A stretch of 64,000 bases of DNA from an uncultured Pseudomonadota bacterium (GTDB lineage: Bacteria; Pseudomonadota; Alphaproteobacteria; UBA9219), in the NCBI GenBank assembly GCA_903919315.1, contig CAIXHP010000042.1, forward strand, positions 24,884-88,883, in the 5' to 3' direction. Shown here one piece after another: positions 1-9,808 of the stretch. The notes under the pieces were generated by a model. It saw only the letters and a program-made list of their open reading frames with translations. It searched no databases and was not told the DNA's origin. Position numbers and translations under genes: made by a program. The number at the start of each line of letters is the position of its first letter. Positions within the stretch are counted from its first letter, which is position 1.

Positions 1-1454
1 CATTCGCGATGTTCCGAAGCAGGATCGCTGTCGTACACTATGCCCGCGCCCGCCTGAACATGCAAAACGCCGTCTTTAATGACAGCGGTGCGAATGGCGA
101 TTGCGCTGTCCATGCTTCCGTTCGCGCCAAAGTAGCCGATACACCCGGCGTAAAGACCGCGCCGGTCCGGTTCCAGCTCCGCGATGATCTCCATCGCGCG
201 GATTTTGGGAGCGCCGCTGACTGTCCCCGCCGGAAAGCCCGCCATCAAAGCCTCCAACGCCGTAAAGCGCGGATCGAGCGCGCCCTCCACGTTCGAGACG
301 ATGTGCATGACGTGTTTGTAGAATTCGATGGTATTCCGCGCCGTGACCTCGACCGTTCCGATCTTCGCGACGCGCCCCACATCGTTGCGGCCCAGATCGA
401 GCAGCATCAGATGCTCGGACAACTCCTTCGGATCGGCGAGCAGTTCCTCGACCAGTTCGGCATCGCTGCGGTTGCCGAGGCCGCGCGGGCGGGTTCCGGC
501 GATGGGGCGGATCGTCACCTTGCCGTCGCGGACGCGCACCAAAATTTCGGGACTGGTGCCGACCACCGAAAAATCGCCGAAATCGAAAAAGAACAGAAAC
601 GGCGACGGATCAAGCCGCCGGATGGCCCGATAGAGGCTGAACGGCGGCAGTGTAAACGGCTGGCGAAAACGCTGCGACAGCACCACCTGAAAAATATCGC
701 CCGCGCGAATATAGTCTTTGGCGCGATCCACCATGCTGGTGAATTCGGATTCGGTGATATTGCCGGTGACGCTTTGCGGCCCGCTGTTCGTCGCCGCGAG
801 GTCGGCGCGTTGCGCATAAACAGCGGCGGGAACCGGTTGCTTCAAGTCTCCCAAAGCCCGCTCCAGCCGCGCGGCGGCGGCGGCGTAAGCGGACTCCGCC
901 GTTTCCTGCGCGTCGAACCATGCGGGCGTGACGAGGGTAAAGATGTTTTCGATTTGGTCAAAGATGGCGAGGAGCGTCGGACGCACCAACACGGCTTCGG
1001 GCACGACGAGGTCGGAGGGCGGCGATTCCGGCACATTCTCCACATGGCGCACCATGTCATAGCCGAGATAGCCGAACAGACCCGCCGCCATAGGCTGCGG
1101 CTGCGCCGGATCGTCGATCCTGCACTCGGCCAGCAGCGCGCGCAGATCGTCCATCGGCGCGCGCGGGGAGGGCGCGTAGGCAGCGGCATCCTGCAACGCC
1201 GCGCGGTTGACCTCCGCCTTGCCTTCGCGGCAGCGCCAGATAACGTCCGGCTCGCGTCCGATGATCGAATAACGTCCCCTGATCGCGCCGCCTTCGATGG
1301 ATTCCAGCAAAAAGCTGTACGGCTTTCCCTGTCCCAGCTTCATCATCGCGGACACAGGCGTTTCCATGTCGCTGATCAACGTCGTCCAGACGACCTGCGG
1401 CTTTCCGGCGCGCCAGTTGCGGGCAAAGACGTCAAAGGCGGGGGTGATGTCCAT
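1..1454 (-). CDS. trpE: Anthranilate synthase component I, C-terminally truncated by the window edge
   Basis: Manual minus-strand translation from the ATG at 1454 gives MDITPAFDVFARNW and ends ...AGCIGYFGANGSMDSAIAIRTAVIKDGVLHVQAGAGIVYDSDPASEHRE, the conserved TrpE C-terminus. The frame is open to position 1. The track omits it because the stop lies outside the window. Confidence 0.85.
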   Translation of the reverse strand, partial: MDITPAFDVFARNWRAGKPQVVWTTLISDMETPVSAMMKLGQGKPYSFLLESIEGGAIRGRYSIIGREPDVIWRCREGKAEVNRAALQDAAAYAPSPRAPMDDLRALLAECRIDDPAQPQPMAAGLFGYLGYDMVRHVENVPESPPSDLVVPEAVLVRPTLLAIFDQIENIFTLVTPAWFDAQETAESAYAAAAARLERALGDLKQPVPAAVYAQRADLAATNSGPQSVTGNITESEFTSMVDRAKDYIRAGDIFQVVLSQRFRQPFTLPPFSLYRAIRRLDPSPFLFFFDFGDFSVVGTSPEILVRVRDGKVTIRPIAGTRPRGLGNRSDAELVEELLADPKELSEHLMLLDLGRNDVGRVAKIGTVEVTARNTIEFYKHVMHIVSNVEGALDPRFTALEALMAGFPAGTVSGAPKIRAMEIIAELEPDRRGLYAGCIGYFGANGSMDSAIAIRTAVIKDGVLHVQAGAGIVYDSDPASEHRE

Positions 1455-1463
1455 GGACGCGGT

Positions 1464-3347
1464 CTAGCTCCCCTGCTTCTTCATCGTATCGAGCAAATCC
1501 TTATTGATGGTGACCGGGAACGTCTGGCCCAGATGTTTTGAGTATTGCTCCATCAGTTCATAGGGCATGTCCTCGTTCAACTGATCGACGACCTTGAGGC
1601 GCGCGGCATCGGGCTTGGCGGGATCGGCGGGAATGATCTCCGTGAGACGCAACGCAAAGTTTTGCTGCGGCCCGGCCGCCGTGATGACATCGCCGAGTTT
1701 CATCTTCATGATCGATGCCATGGCCGAGGGTGGCAGCGCCGGGTCTGTATCGCCCAGCATCGAGATGGGCTTGGACAGGCGAATATCCACGCCGGTACGC
1801 GTGGCAAAGGCCGAAGCCTTCTTGCCGTCGCGCAGGGCCTTGGCGATGTCTTCGGCCAAAACAGCGGCCTTTTGAGCCTTTTGCTCGGCTTGCCACGCGG
1901 CCAACACCTGCTTGCCGATCACGGCGAGGGGACGCACCTGACTCGGTGTGACTTCGTCGGTACGCACGACGATATAGTTGCCCGCCTTGTCCTCAATGAC
2001 CTGGCTGACATCGCCCGCGCCCTGACCAAAGGCGGCGCGCAGAACTTCATCCTTGGCGGGAAGCTCGTCGGGTGCTTTCCCCTCCGGTGTCAGCCCTTGC
2101 GCGTCGAGATTCGCAATGCGGACAAGGCGCATCTTGAGGCTGTCGGCGATGTCTTCCAACGACCGCCCTTCGGCCAGCAGATCGTCGAGCTGGTTGACGG
2201 TGCGGGCGACTATGTCGCCGGACTGCTCGCGCTGGAGTTCTTCGCGCAGCTTGTCTTTGGCCTCGTCAAAGCTCTGCTTTCCGGCGGGATGAACCGCCTT
2301 GACCTGCACGATGTGCCAACCCAGCGGGCTCTTCACCGGATCAGAGATTTGCCCTGCGTCGAGGGCGAAGACCGTGGTGAATAACTCCGGCAGGATGGTT
2401 TTCTCGTCCATGCGGTTGAGCGTGACGGCGCTGTAGCCCTTGGTCTTGACGGCAGAGGCCAAATCGTCGCCGTCCTTGAGCGACGCGGCGACGGCGTGCG
2501 CCTTTGTTTCGTCCTGTAAAACCACCTGCACGATGTCGCGCTGCTCCGGCAGCGTCAGCTCGGCATCGCGCGCGTCATAGGCCTTCTTCAGGTCGTCGTC
2601 GCCGGTCTTGATGTCCTTCGTGATGTCGTCGGGCGACAGCTTGGCGACGGTGACGGCCCGGTATTCGGGAGCCGTGAAGACGGCGCTATGCTTTTGGTGG
2701 AATTCTTGCAGGGTTGCTTCGTCGGGCGCGGCGGACGATTCCATGCTCGCGTTCTGCACCGTCAGGACTTCCAGCAGACGCTTGGAGCCCATGGCGCGAT
2801 AAAGATTGTCCACGACGAGCTGCGGCGGCTTCGCGCCGTTCACGACCGAGTCGAAAACCAGACGGCGAAGAGTGTCCTGACGATCCATGGCAAGGAACGA
2901 CTCTTCGGTAAAGCCGTTCTTGCGCAGCAGCTCTTGCCACTTGACCTTGTCGAACTGGCCGTTCTTGTCGCGAAGCTTCATGACGTTTTCAAGCTTTGCC
3001 AAAATCGTCTTGAGGTTGACATCGAGCAAAAGCCTCTGAGCTTCCTGATCGAACTTCGCATGTTCGATCATAAGGTTGAGCGTGCGATCCATGACTCCCA
3101 TTTGGCGAGCCTGCTGTTCGGTCAGATCGGAGCCGAAAACGCGGCGCGCTTCGGGCAGACCGTTTTTGAACTCGCGCTCCAAAGCTTCCACCGTGATTTT
3201 GATGTCGCCCACTTCGGCGACGGCGCGCTGGCGCGGGCTGCCGCGAAAAATATCGCCGATGCCCCACGCCGCAAAGGTGACGATCAGCAAGCCCATCAGT
3301 ATCTTGAACGCGAACGATTTGCTCAGGGCGCGCATGGTCTGGAGCAT
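1464..3347 (-). CDS. ppiD: Periplasmic chaperone / peptidyl-prolyl isomerase PpiD (SurA-like)
   Basis: Track ORF 1464..3539. The likely true start is M65 (MLQTMRALSKS), preceded by AAGGA. There is an N-terminal transmembrane anchor (FAFKILMGLLIVTFAAWGIG) and a SurA/PPIase-like body. The ppiD-trpE synteny is typical of alphaproteobacteria. Confidence 0.85.
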   Translation of the reverse strand: MLQTMRALSKSFAFKILMGLLIVTFAAWGIGDIFRGSPRQRAVAEVGDIKITVEALEREFKNGLPEARRVFGSDLTEQQARQMGVMDRTLNLMIEHAKFDQEAQRLLLDVNLKTILAKLENVMKLRDKNGQFDKVKWQELLRKNGFTEESFLAMDRQDTLRRLVFDSVVNGAKPPQLVVDNLYRAMGSKRLLEVLTVQNASMESSAAPDEATLQEFHQKHSAVFTAPEYRAVTVAKLSPDDITKDIKTGDDDLKKAYDARDAELTLPEQRDIVQVVLQDETKAHAVAASLKDGDDLASAVKTKGYSAVTLNRMDEKTILPELFTTVFALDAGQISDPVKSPLGWHIVQVKAVHPAGKQSFDEAKDKLREELQREQSGDIVARTVNQLDDLLAEGRSLEDIADSLKMRLVRIANLDAQGLTPEGKAPDELPAKDEVLRAAFGQGAGDVSQVIEDKAGNYIVVRTDEVTPSQVRPLAVIGKQVLAAWQAEQKAQKAAVLAEDIAKALRDGKKASAFATRTGVDIRLSKPISMLGDTDPALPPSAMASIMKMKLGDVITAAGPQQNFALRLTEIIPADPAKPDAARLKVVDQLNEDMPYELMEQYSKHLGQTFPVTINKDLLDTMKKQGS

Positions 3348-3447
3348 GGAACTATCCTTTAAGTTTCGATTTGAGGTTCCCGAAGCGAGAGGGGCATGAT
3401 AAAAGGCCAAAGCGTTCTCGGCAACAAACATCGGAAGGCTCTCCGCG

Positions 3448-4194
3448 ATGGCAAACCGCCGCAAATTGGTCGTCGGCAACTGGAAAATGAACGGTCGTCT
3501 GACCTCCGGGCTCAATTTGGCCAAAGATGTCGCCGACAAGGCTTCGGCACAGAAGCCCTTGGCGTTCGATGTGGTGCTGTGCCCGCCCGCGACCCTGATC
3601 TGGCCCGTGGCCGAGGTGGTTGCTGGCTCGCCGGTGATGCTGGGCGCTCAAAACGGCCACGCGGCCAACCACGGCGCCTACACGGGTGAGATCAGCGCGG
3701 GAATGCTGGCCGATTTAGGCTGCCGCTATGTGATTCTGGGGCATTCCGAACGCCGCGCCGCGCAAGGCGAGACCAGCGCGATGGTGGCGGAAAAGATCGC
3801 GGCGGCGCAGCTCGCAGGGCTGATCGCCATCCTGTGCGTCGGCGAAACGCAGGAGCAACGGGCCTCTGGCGCGGCGGAAACGGCGGTGGCGCGGCAGGTG
3901 TCGGAATCGTTGCCGGAGAAATTCGACGCGTCGAAACTGGTGGTCGCCTACGAGCCGGTCTGGGCGATCGGATCGGGCGAACTGCCGACGCTCGACGACA
4001 TCCGCCGGATTCATAAAGCGATCCGCAAAACCCTCGGCCCCGTGGGCGAGATGGTACAGGTGCTTTACGGCGGCTCCGTCGCGCCGAGCAACGCGGGGCC
4101 GATACTCGCCGAACCCGAAGTCGACGGCGTGCTGGTTGGTAGCGCCAGCCTTAACTCCGACGGCTTTTGGGCCATTGCGGAGAAGTGCCGCTAA
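3448..4194 (+). CDS. tpiA: Triosephosphate isomerase
   Basis: KLVVGNWKMNG, ILGHSERR and YGGSV motifs; 248 aa. Confidence 0.93.
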   Translation: MANRRKLVVGNWKMNGRLTSGLNLAKDVADKASAQKPLAFDVVLCPPATLIWPVAEVVAGSPVMLGAQNGHAANHGAYTGEISAGMLADLGCRYVILGHSERRAAQGETSAMVAEKIAAAQLAGLIAILCVGETQEQRASGAAETAVARQVSESLPEKFDASKLVVAYEPVWAIGSGELPTLDDIRRIHKAIRKTLGPVGEMVQVLYGGSVAPSNAGPILAEPEVDGVLVGSASLNSDGFWAIAEKCR

Positions 4195-4997
4195 ACGAAC
4201 GGCGCCTTGGTCAGGATCGTGTTCAACACGACGCCGACCACATTGGCGGGCGCGAGGATGTCAAGACAACGCTTGACTTCAGCCGTGCGAGTCACGCCAT
4301 CCTGCACGACCAGCAACACGGCATCCACATGCGGCAGAAAGGCCAGCGGATCATCCTGCTCCAACAGCGGCGGCATGTCGTAAATGACCAGGCGATCCGG
4401 ATAACGCGATTTCAGTTCATGCGCGAGGCGGCCCATTTGCGGGGAGCCTAAGGCTTCCGACGAGCGCTCCACTGTCCGACCGGCGGGCAGTAGGGCCAGA
4501 CGATCAAACGGCAGACGCGTCAAGCAGTCCGAAAGGGCCGCATGCCCCGCGAGATAATCCGTCAGGCCGAATTGCGGCTCAAGGCCAACATATTTGTGGA
4601 CGGACGGCTTGCGCAGGTCGAGGTCGGCCAAAAGCACCGTTTGCTTGAGATCGAGCGCGACGCTGACCGCGAGATTGAGCGCGATGGTTGTCTTTCCGTC
4701 GGCGTAGTTCGGACTGGTGATCGCCAGAGTCCGCAGGTTGGCTTTGGCCATCGTTTGCAAAATCTGCGTCCGGAGAATCCGGAACAGATCGGCTTCGGGA
4801 CTGCGCGCGTGGTGCGCGACGATGCGGTTTTTTTCGAGGACTGCCTCGAACTCAGGCGTAAGGTTAGCGGCGGCGGCGACATAGGCTTCGCGCCCCGACG
4901 ACAGGGGCGTTGCGGACAAAGACCCCGCGCTCGGACTGGCCAATCCGACGCCGCGTTCTTGCCGAGCTTTTTCCAGCGCTTTTTCCAGCTTGTCCAT
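4191..4997 (-). CDS. Exopolysaccharide-locus tyrosine autokinase-like P-loop ATPase (CpsD/CapB family, EpsG-like)
   Basis: Walker A TSPNYADGKTT and a DLDLRKP motif; 268 aa. It lies immediately downstream of the chain-length determinant gene. Confidence 0.75.
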   Translation of the reverse strand: MDKLEKALEKARQERGVGLASPSAGSLSATPLSSGREAYVAAAANLTPEFEAVLEKNRIVAHHARSPEADLFRILRTQILQTMAKANLRTLAITSPNYADGKTTIALNLAVSVALDLKQTVLLADLDLRKPSVHKYVGLEPQFGLTDYLAGHAALSDCLTRLPFDRLALLPAGRTVERSSEALGSPQMGRLAHELKSRYPDRLVIYDMPPLLEQDDPLAFLPHVDAVLLVVQDGVTRTAEVKRCLDILAPANVVGVVLNTILTKAPFV

Positions 4998-5022
4998 AAT
5001 TCTCTCTCCACTTCCCTTAAAA

Positions 5023-6789
5023 TCAGTTCAGGCCGATGCGGTGCATGACGACGGCGAAAAGGACGTCGAGAGGCATGACGACGTACGAAAACACGATCAG
5101 ACCGATCAATGCGACGGCGACGATGCCGCCCAGAATTTTTAGCTTGTGGCGATCCATCCGCGTCTCTTCGTCCCGCGTCTTGATATGCGGGATCGTGGCC
5201 AGAGGCGCAACGCCGATCAGCGATTCCAGATGTTGCGAACCGGCGATGGTTTGCACCAGCAACTGGGCGGCCACCACGCTGGCCAACCCGCCCAGAAACG
5301 CCAACACAAAGCCAACGGCAACGAACAGCAACCGCGCGGGATAGGTGGTCAGGGGCAGCTCAGGCGGGTTGATGACGACGAGGTGCTGGCCGCTGCCGTC
5401 CTGTTCGATCGTCTCGGTCATATCCGCAGTCAGTTTTTTGGCCTTCAACTCGCGGTAACGCTGCTGAGCGTTGTCATAGTCGCGCGTCAGCGCCGCCAAC
5501 TGCTGCTCGGCCACCGGATTTTGGTTGACGGCGCGTTGATATTTATCCTGCTGTTGGAGCAGATTGTTCTTTTGCTCCATCAGCGCTTTATACTGCTCCT
5601 CTTGCGACTGAATCTGGGCGAGAATTTGCAGATAGGCCGGGTTGTCCGCGTCGACCTTGCTGCGCGACGTGAAGGAACCAGCCTTGCGCGCGCGCTCCAA
5701 CTGCTCCTCAAGGCTCGTGACTTGGGTCTGCAGCGACTGCACGTCGGGATTGTCGTTCCCATAAGCGCTTTGGGCCGTCGCCAGTTTGGCCTTCGCGTCG
5801 ATAATTTTCGCTTCGATCCGTCCGGTGTCCGCGCGACCATTCGCCTGAGCCTCTAACCCCGCGACCTGACGCGCGACCTTCAGGACATCCGGATGTTCGG
5901 GACCGTATTTGGCCGTCAACGTCGCGAATTCGGATTTGAGCATTTTGAGCTGCATCGCAGGCGTCGTCATGACGCGGCCTTCCTCCAACACGCGGGAGTA
6001 AGGGTCGGTCAGCGCGAGCTGAGCGCGCAGAGCGCCCTGCGATCCGAGATTGGACGTGATCTGGCTGTCGATATTTTGCAGCGTCAGGTTCGTCGAAATG
6101 GAAGCTTGTTGGTTGAAGGCGAGCGCGTCGGGGCGCAGGTCGGCATTGGCGAGGCGGAATTCGGCGATCTTCTTTTCCTGCTCGACCAGCGATGCTTCCA
6201 GCACCTGAAGCTGGGATTCGAGGAAGCGCGAGGTTTCCTTCGCCTTGTTGCGGCGGTCTTTAAGGTCTTCGTCGAGAAAGCGCGAGACAAGTTCGTTCGT
6301 GACCTGTTGCGCAATCAGCGGACTTGGGTAATCAAAGCTCAGGACAAAGGCGATGGCCGACAGTTCGCGGACGGCGGCCTTTTGCGCCGAAGCCGGATTG
6401 GCAAGGGAGCTGGCGACGAGACGAACCTGAATCTTGTCGCGCATTTTATCCGCGACCGCCTCGATCGGCGTGTATTTGCGGCTTTTTTCGTACAAATTGA
6501 ACTTCGTGATGATCTCGATCAGCGAACCGGTGGAGAGGACTTTTTGCCGGACGCGGCTGATGCTCAGGTCGGCCATAGCCTCCATCGCGCCGCGTGCCGT
6601 ATCGGCGGATTGCGTGACATCGCTGGCGACTTCGGGCTGGGCGACTTCGACGGTCGCTTCGGCTCTGTAGTTTTTCCAGTTGTAGGTAAAGACGAGAGTC
6701 AGCAGAAAGACCGCGCCCGCGACGGCCAGAAAAAGCTTTCTTCGGCGCAGCAGGATGGACAGATAATCGGAAAGCCGGATGTCGTTCAT
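5023..6789 (-). CDS. Polysaccharide chain-length determinant protein (Wzz/GumC family, EpsF-like)
   Basis: 588 aa. There is an N-terminal transmembrane segment (LFLAVAGAVFLLTLVFTY), a long coiled-coil periplasmic region and a C-terminal transmembrane segment (LLFVAVGFVLAFLGGLASVVAAQ). This is the Wzz architecture. Confidence 0.8.
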   Translation of the reverse strand: MNDIRLSDYLSILLRRRKLFLAVAGAVFLLTLVFTYNWKNYRAEATVEVAQPEVASDVTQSADTARGAMEAMADLSISRVRQKVLSTGSLIEIITKFNLYEKSRKYTPIEAVADKMRDKIQVRLVASSLANPASAQKAAVRELSAIAFVLSFDYPSPLIAQQVTNELVSRFLDEDLKDRRNKAKETSRFLESQLQVLEASLVEQEKKIAEFRLANADLRPDALAFNQQASISTNLTLQNIDSQITSNLGSQGALRAQLALTDPYSRVLEEGRVMTTPAMQLKMLKSEFATLTAKYGPEHPDVLKVARQVAGLEAQANGRADTGRIEAKIIDAKAKLATAQSAYGNDNPDVQSLQTQVTSLEEQLERARKAGSFTSRSKVDADNPAYLQILAQIQSQEEQYKALMEQKNNLLQQQDKYQRAVNQNPVAEQQLAALTRDYDNAQQRYRELKAKKLTADMTETIEQDGSGQHLVVINPPELPLTTYPARLLFVAVGFVLAFLGGLASVVAAQLLVQTIAGSQHLESLIGVAPLATIPHIKTRDEETRMDRHKLKILGGIVAVALIGLIVFSYVVMPLDVLFAVVMHRIGLN

Positions 6790-6871
6790 TGCAATAGCTC
6801 CACAAACTTCTGAGGAAAAACAGGGGCCGGAGAAAGTCCGGGGGCTGGCCTAGACGAGGCGATGCGCATAC

Positions 6872-8038
6872 TTACTCTCTGGCATCGGTATGAAACGAAA
6901 ACCCGACACGGATCAAATTGCGTTGCGCGGCTTCGCTGCGGCCCGTCAGAGTCTCATGGCGGTACTGATAGGAGGTCGTTGCGTCCCATCGGTCCGTTAT
7001 ACGATAAGAAAGACCGGCCGACCCGTTCCACATCGAGTCCAAACGCCCCGGCGCGGCAGCGGACGAGTCGGAAAATTGATAGCTGGCTTTGACATCCAGC
7101 GAAAGAGCCGGGGTAAATTTGTGCGTCTCTTGCAAGGACAGGGTCGTCAAAAGAAATTCCGTGCCGTTGGCATAAGGCTGCTGCGCGCGCGTCGCGGCAA
7201 GCACGGTCGTGTCCTGCTCGCCATTGTAGGAAAAGTTGCTCGAAAAGACGTAATCCCACTGCCACGCTTGGCCGGGGCTGCTCCCGTCATACCGCCGCGT
7301 CGCCTGCGTGCCGCCGGACAGACGCGCGGTGAGGCGAGGCGTCAGGGCGGAAACCCATTCCAGCGAGGGGCCGACGGTATCGATGCGCCCGTTGTAGTAG
7401 TCCAAAGGCTGGTACCGTTGTGCAAGAACGGAGATCGAGCCACGGTTGAGGGGCGTAAAAACATGCGTCCACGACGGCGTGAGCGACATGGTGCGGTAAT
7501 CGGTCAGCGTCGTGCTGTCATATTCCGAATGGAGGTAGTTTCCCGAAAGGCCGAGCCTGTTCAAAGGCGTGAGGCGGTAGGATATTTCGGGGGAAGCCGA
7601 ATACCCCAGATGCCGCGTGGCCGCCGATTCAAAGCCGAGCGTGGTCAGTTCGCTTGAACGCGTCGTGTCGTAATCCGCCGTGCCGCCGAGCGCCACGTCC
7701 CACAACGTCATCTGCCGCGCCAGCCGCGTCACGGCATGCCCGTCCGTCGAGTTATAGTTGGACTGGTTGTAAACGTTCTCGCTGGCGGAGATTTTGGCGC
7801 TGAGTTGGGTGGTCGGCGTGTTGTCGGTAATTGTGACGGTCGGCGTGGTCACCGATCCGTAAAGCTCCTTTGCCCCGCGCGTGAGCATCAGCGGGTTGGA
7901 ATCCCGCTGGCCTTTTTCGGCGATGCTCGCCTCGACCTTAAGGTTTTCCGCGCTTGCCGATGTAGCAAGCAAGACAAGAGCGCCCACGCAAAGCAGGCGA
8001 TAGGTCGCGAACAGCAAAGCGCGCGGGTTGCGACGCAT
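6872..8038 (-). CDS. Outer-membrane beta-barrel protein of the EPS locus (PEP-CTERM-system-associated barrel type)
   Basis: 388 aa with a signal peptide (MRRNPRALLFATYRLLCVGALVLLATSASA). Composition is S/T/Y/G-rich with alternating beta-strand patterns. It sits between the exporter and chain-length genes. Confidence 0.6.
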   Translation of the reverse strand: MRRNPRALLFATYRLLCVGALVLLATSASAENLKVEASIAEKGQRDSNPLMLTRGAKELYGSVTTPTVTITDNTPTTQLSAKISASENVYNQSNYNSTDGHAVTRLARQMTLWDVALGGTADYDTTRSSELTTLGFESAATRHLGYSASPEISYRLTPLNRLGLSGNYLHSEYDSTTLTDYRTMSLTPSWTHVFTPLNRGSISVLAQRYQPLDYYNGRIDTVGPSLEWVSALTPRLTARLSGGTQATRRYDGSSPGQAWQWDYVFSSNFSYNGEQDTTVLAATRAQQPYANGTEFLLTTLSLQETHKFTPALSLDVKASYQFSDSSAAAPGRLDSMWNGSAGLSYRITDRWDATTSYQYRHETLTGRSEAAQRNLIRVGFSFHTDARE

Positions 8039-8041
8039 GGA

Positions 8042-8614
8042 TCAGAAAAGCCCGGAAGTGGGAACGAACACAACATCGCCGGGTTTCAGCTCGATGTCCT
8101 TGTCCAGATGGCGACCGCGCGAAATGTCGTCATAGGGATAGTCGATGGACTCTTTGCCCTTTTCCGTCTTGCGGAGAATGATGATGCTGCCTTCTGCCGC
8201 GAAAGGAGTAAGGCCGCCCGCTTGGCTGAGAGCCTGCATCGTGCTCATGCTGCCGGACATGAGAACTTCGCCCGGCTTTTGAACCTGACCAAGCACGTTG
8301 ACCTTGTGTCCCAGCGGCGACTTGACCGCGACCGTGACCGAAGCGTCCGGTATCGTGGAGAGAAGCTTAGCCTTGATGGCGGCTTGCAGCGCCAGCGGAG
8401 TCATGTCGTTTGCCATGATTGTGCCGACCAGCGGGAAGGTGATGGAGCCGTCGGGCAGGACGACGACTTCGCGATCCATGCCGTCTTCCTTCCAGACCGT
8501 GATTTGCAGGACATCGCCCGCGCGGAGGGTGAATTCGCCCTCGTCGGCTCGCGCCGCGCCGGACAAGACGAGAAGGAACGCCAGAATAGCCCAAAGCTTT
8601 GACAGACCGCGCAT
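8042..8614 (-). CDS. Polysaccharide export protein, Wza/EpsE-like periplasmic
   Basis: 190 aa with a signal peptide. It carries the Poly_export/SLBB-like GDVLQITVW and PGDVVFVP motifs. Confidence 0.8.
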   Translation of the reverse strand: MRGLSKLWAILAFLLVLSGAARADEGEFTLRAGDVLQITVWKEDGMDREVVVLPDGSITFPLVGTIMANDMTPLALQAAIKAKLLSTIPDASVTVAVKSPLGHKVNVLGQVQKPGEVLMSGSMSTMQALSQAGGLTPFAAEGSIIILRKTEKGKESIDYPYDDISRGRHLDKDIELKPGDVVFVPTSGLF

Positions 8615-8878
8615 TTTGTCCTCAGTAGGATAATGGTGATTAAGATCCGCGGCATCCTAACTATTTTGCGCCCCCAAGGGAAGGCAAAAGTAATACAGCG
8701 AAGGATGGGCAAACATAGGGGCTGGTTCCTGTGAATGGCTGCGGACTCTATACATTTCGGGCGGCGCATGACGGCCGGTTTTACAACCGAGGTTTCGTTT
8801 TGTCTTTTGGGCGCTTTGTTTGGTATATACGCCGAGCGCAATGCTTGTCGCGCCAGCGCATGCAAGGACCGACCAACG

Positions 8879-9799
8879 ATGTACAAGAAGTTCTATGGCC
8901 TTTCGGGCTCGCCCTTTTCGCTTTTGCCGGATGCCGATTTCCTGTTCTACAGCCGACGGCACCGGCGGGCGGTGAATCTTTTGGCTTATGGGATTTTTAC
9001 GCAGGCGGGCTTCATCGTCATCACCGGCGACGTCGGCGCGGGCAAGACGACGGTTGTGCGCCGCTACATCAAGAGCGCCGAGGCCGATGTCGCTGTGGGA
9101 GTCATATCGAACCCCAGCCCGACGCTGGGCCGTCTGTTCAGCTGGGTGGCGATGGCCTATGACCTCGCGCCCGATCCGGACGATGCTAAGGTCTATCACG
9201 CCTTCGTCGCTTTTTTGTTGGAGCAGTACGCCAAAGGCCGCCGCACCGTCCTCATCATCGACGAGGCCCAGAACCTGAGCGCGGAAACGCTTGAAGACCT
9301 GCGCATGCTGTCCAACGTGAACAACGAAAAAGATCAGTTGCTGCAAATCGTGCTGGTGGGCCAGCCGGAACTTCTAGAGACGCTGAACCGTCCCATCCTG
9401 CGCCAGTTTGCGCAGCGCATCGCCGTGCATTGCCATCTGGATCCTCTGGTGCCGGTCGAGACCGCCGCCTACATCCGCCACCGTCTGGCCGTTGTCGGCG
9501 GCGCGCCCGATCTGTTCGACGATGCGGCGTGCGCGGCGGTGCATTATTTTACGGGCGGCGTGCCGCGCCTCATCAACCTGTTGTGCGACCAATCGCTTGT
9601 GTACGCCTTTTCGGAAGAAGAACCGGCGATCAGCGGCGAAGTTGTTGCCGAGGTGGTGCTGGACCGTGGCCGCATGGGGCTAACGCCGTTCAGGAAGCTT
9701 CCCGAAGGCTGGAGGATCGAAAACCTCGCCGCCGAAACCGCAGCGATCCTCACCGAGATTCAACTCGCCGCCAAATTCGAAAGCGCAACAAAGAAATAA
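8879..9799 (+). CDS. ExeA-like AAA ATPase of the EPS/PEP-CTERM locus (EpsB type)
   Basis: The track ORF starts at 8735. The likely true start is M49 (MYKKFYGLSGSPF), the hallmark N-terminus of this family. Walker A is GDVGAGKTT and Walker B is VLIIDEAQNL. Confidence 0.75.
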   Translation: MYKKFYGLSGSPFSLLPDADFLFYSRRHRRAVNLLAYGIFTQAGFIVITGDVGAGKTTVVRRYIKSAEADVAVGVISNPSPTLGRLFSWVAMAYDLAPDPDDAKVYHAFVAFLLEQYAKGRRTVLIIDEAQNLSAETLEDLRMLSNVNNEKDQLLQIVLVGQPELLETLNRPILRQFAQRIAVHCHLDPLVPVETAAYIRHRLAVVGGAPDLFDDAACAAVHYFTGGVPRLINLLCDQSLVYAFSEEEPAISGEVVAEVVLDRGRMGLTPFRKLPEGWRIENLAAETAAILTEIQLAAKFESATKK

Positions 9800-9808
9800 C
9801 CCCGCCGC

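Noticed and set aside
9-1541. 510-aa plus-strand ORF at the window start
   Set aside because: It is antisense to the clearly recognisable trpE C-terminal coding frame. Its product is an Arg/Ala-rich low-complexity sequence typical of shadow ORFs in high-GC DNA.
8615-8878. Sigma-54 promoter (TGGCAC-N5-TTGC) in the divergent EPS promoter region and upstream of other EPS genes
   Set aside because: Only weak partial matches (GGGCGC-N5-TTGGT; GGCAC without a properly spaced TTGC at 18670) were seen. This is not enough to call.
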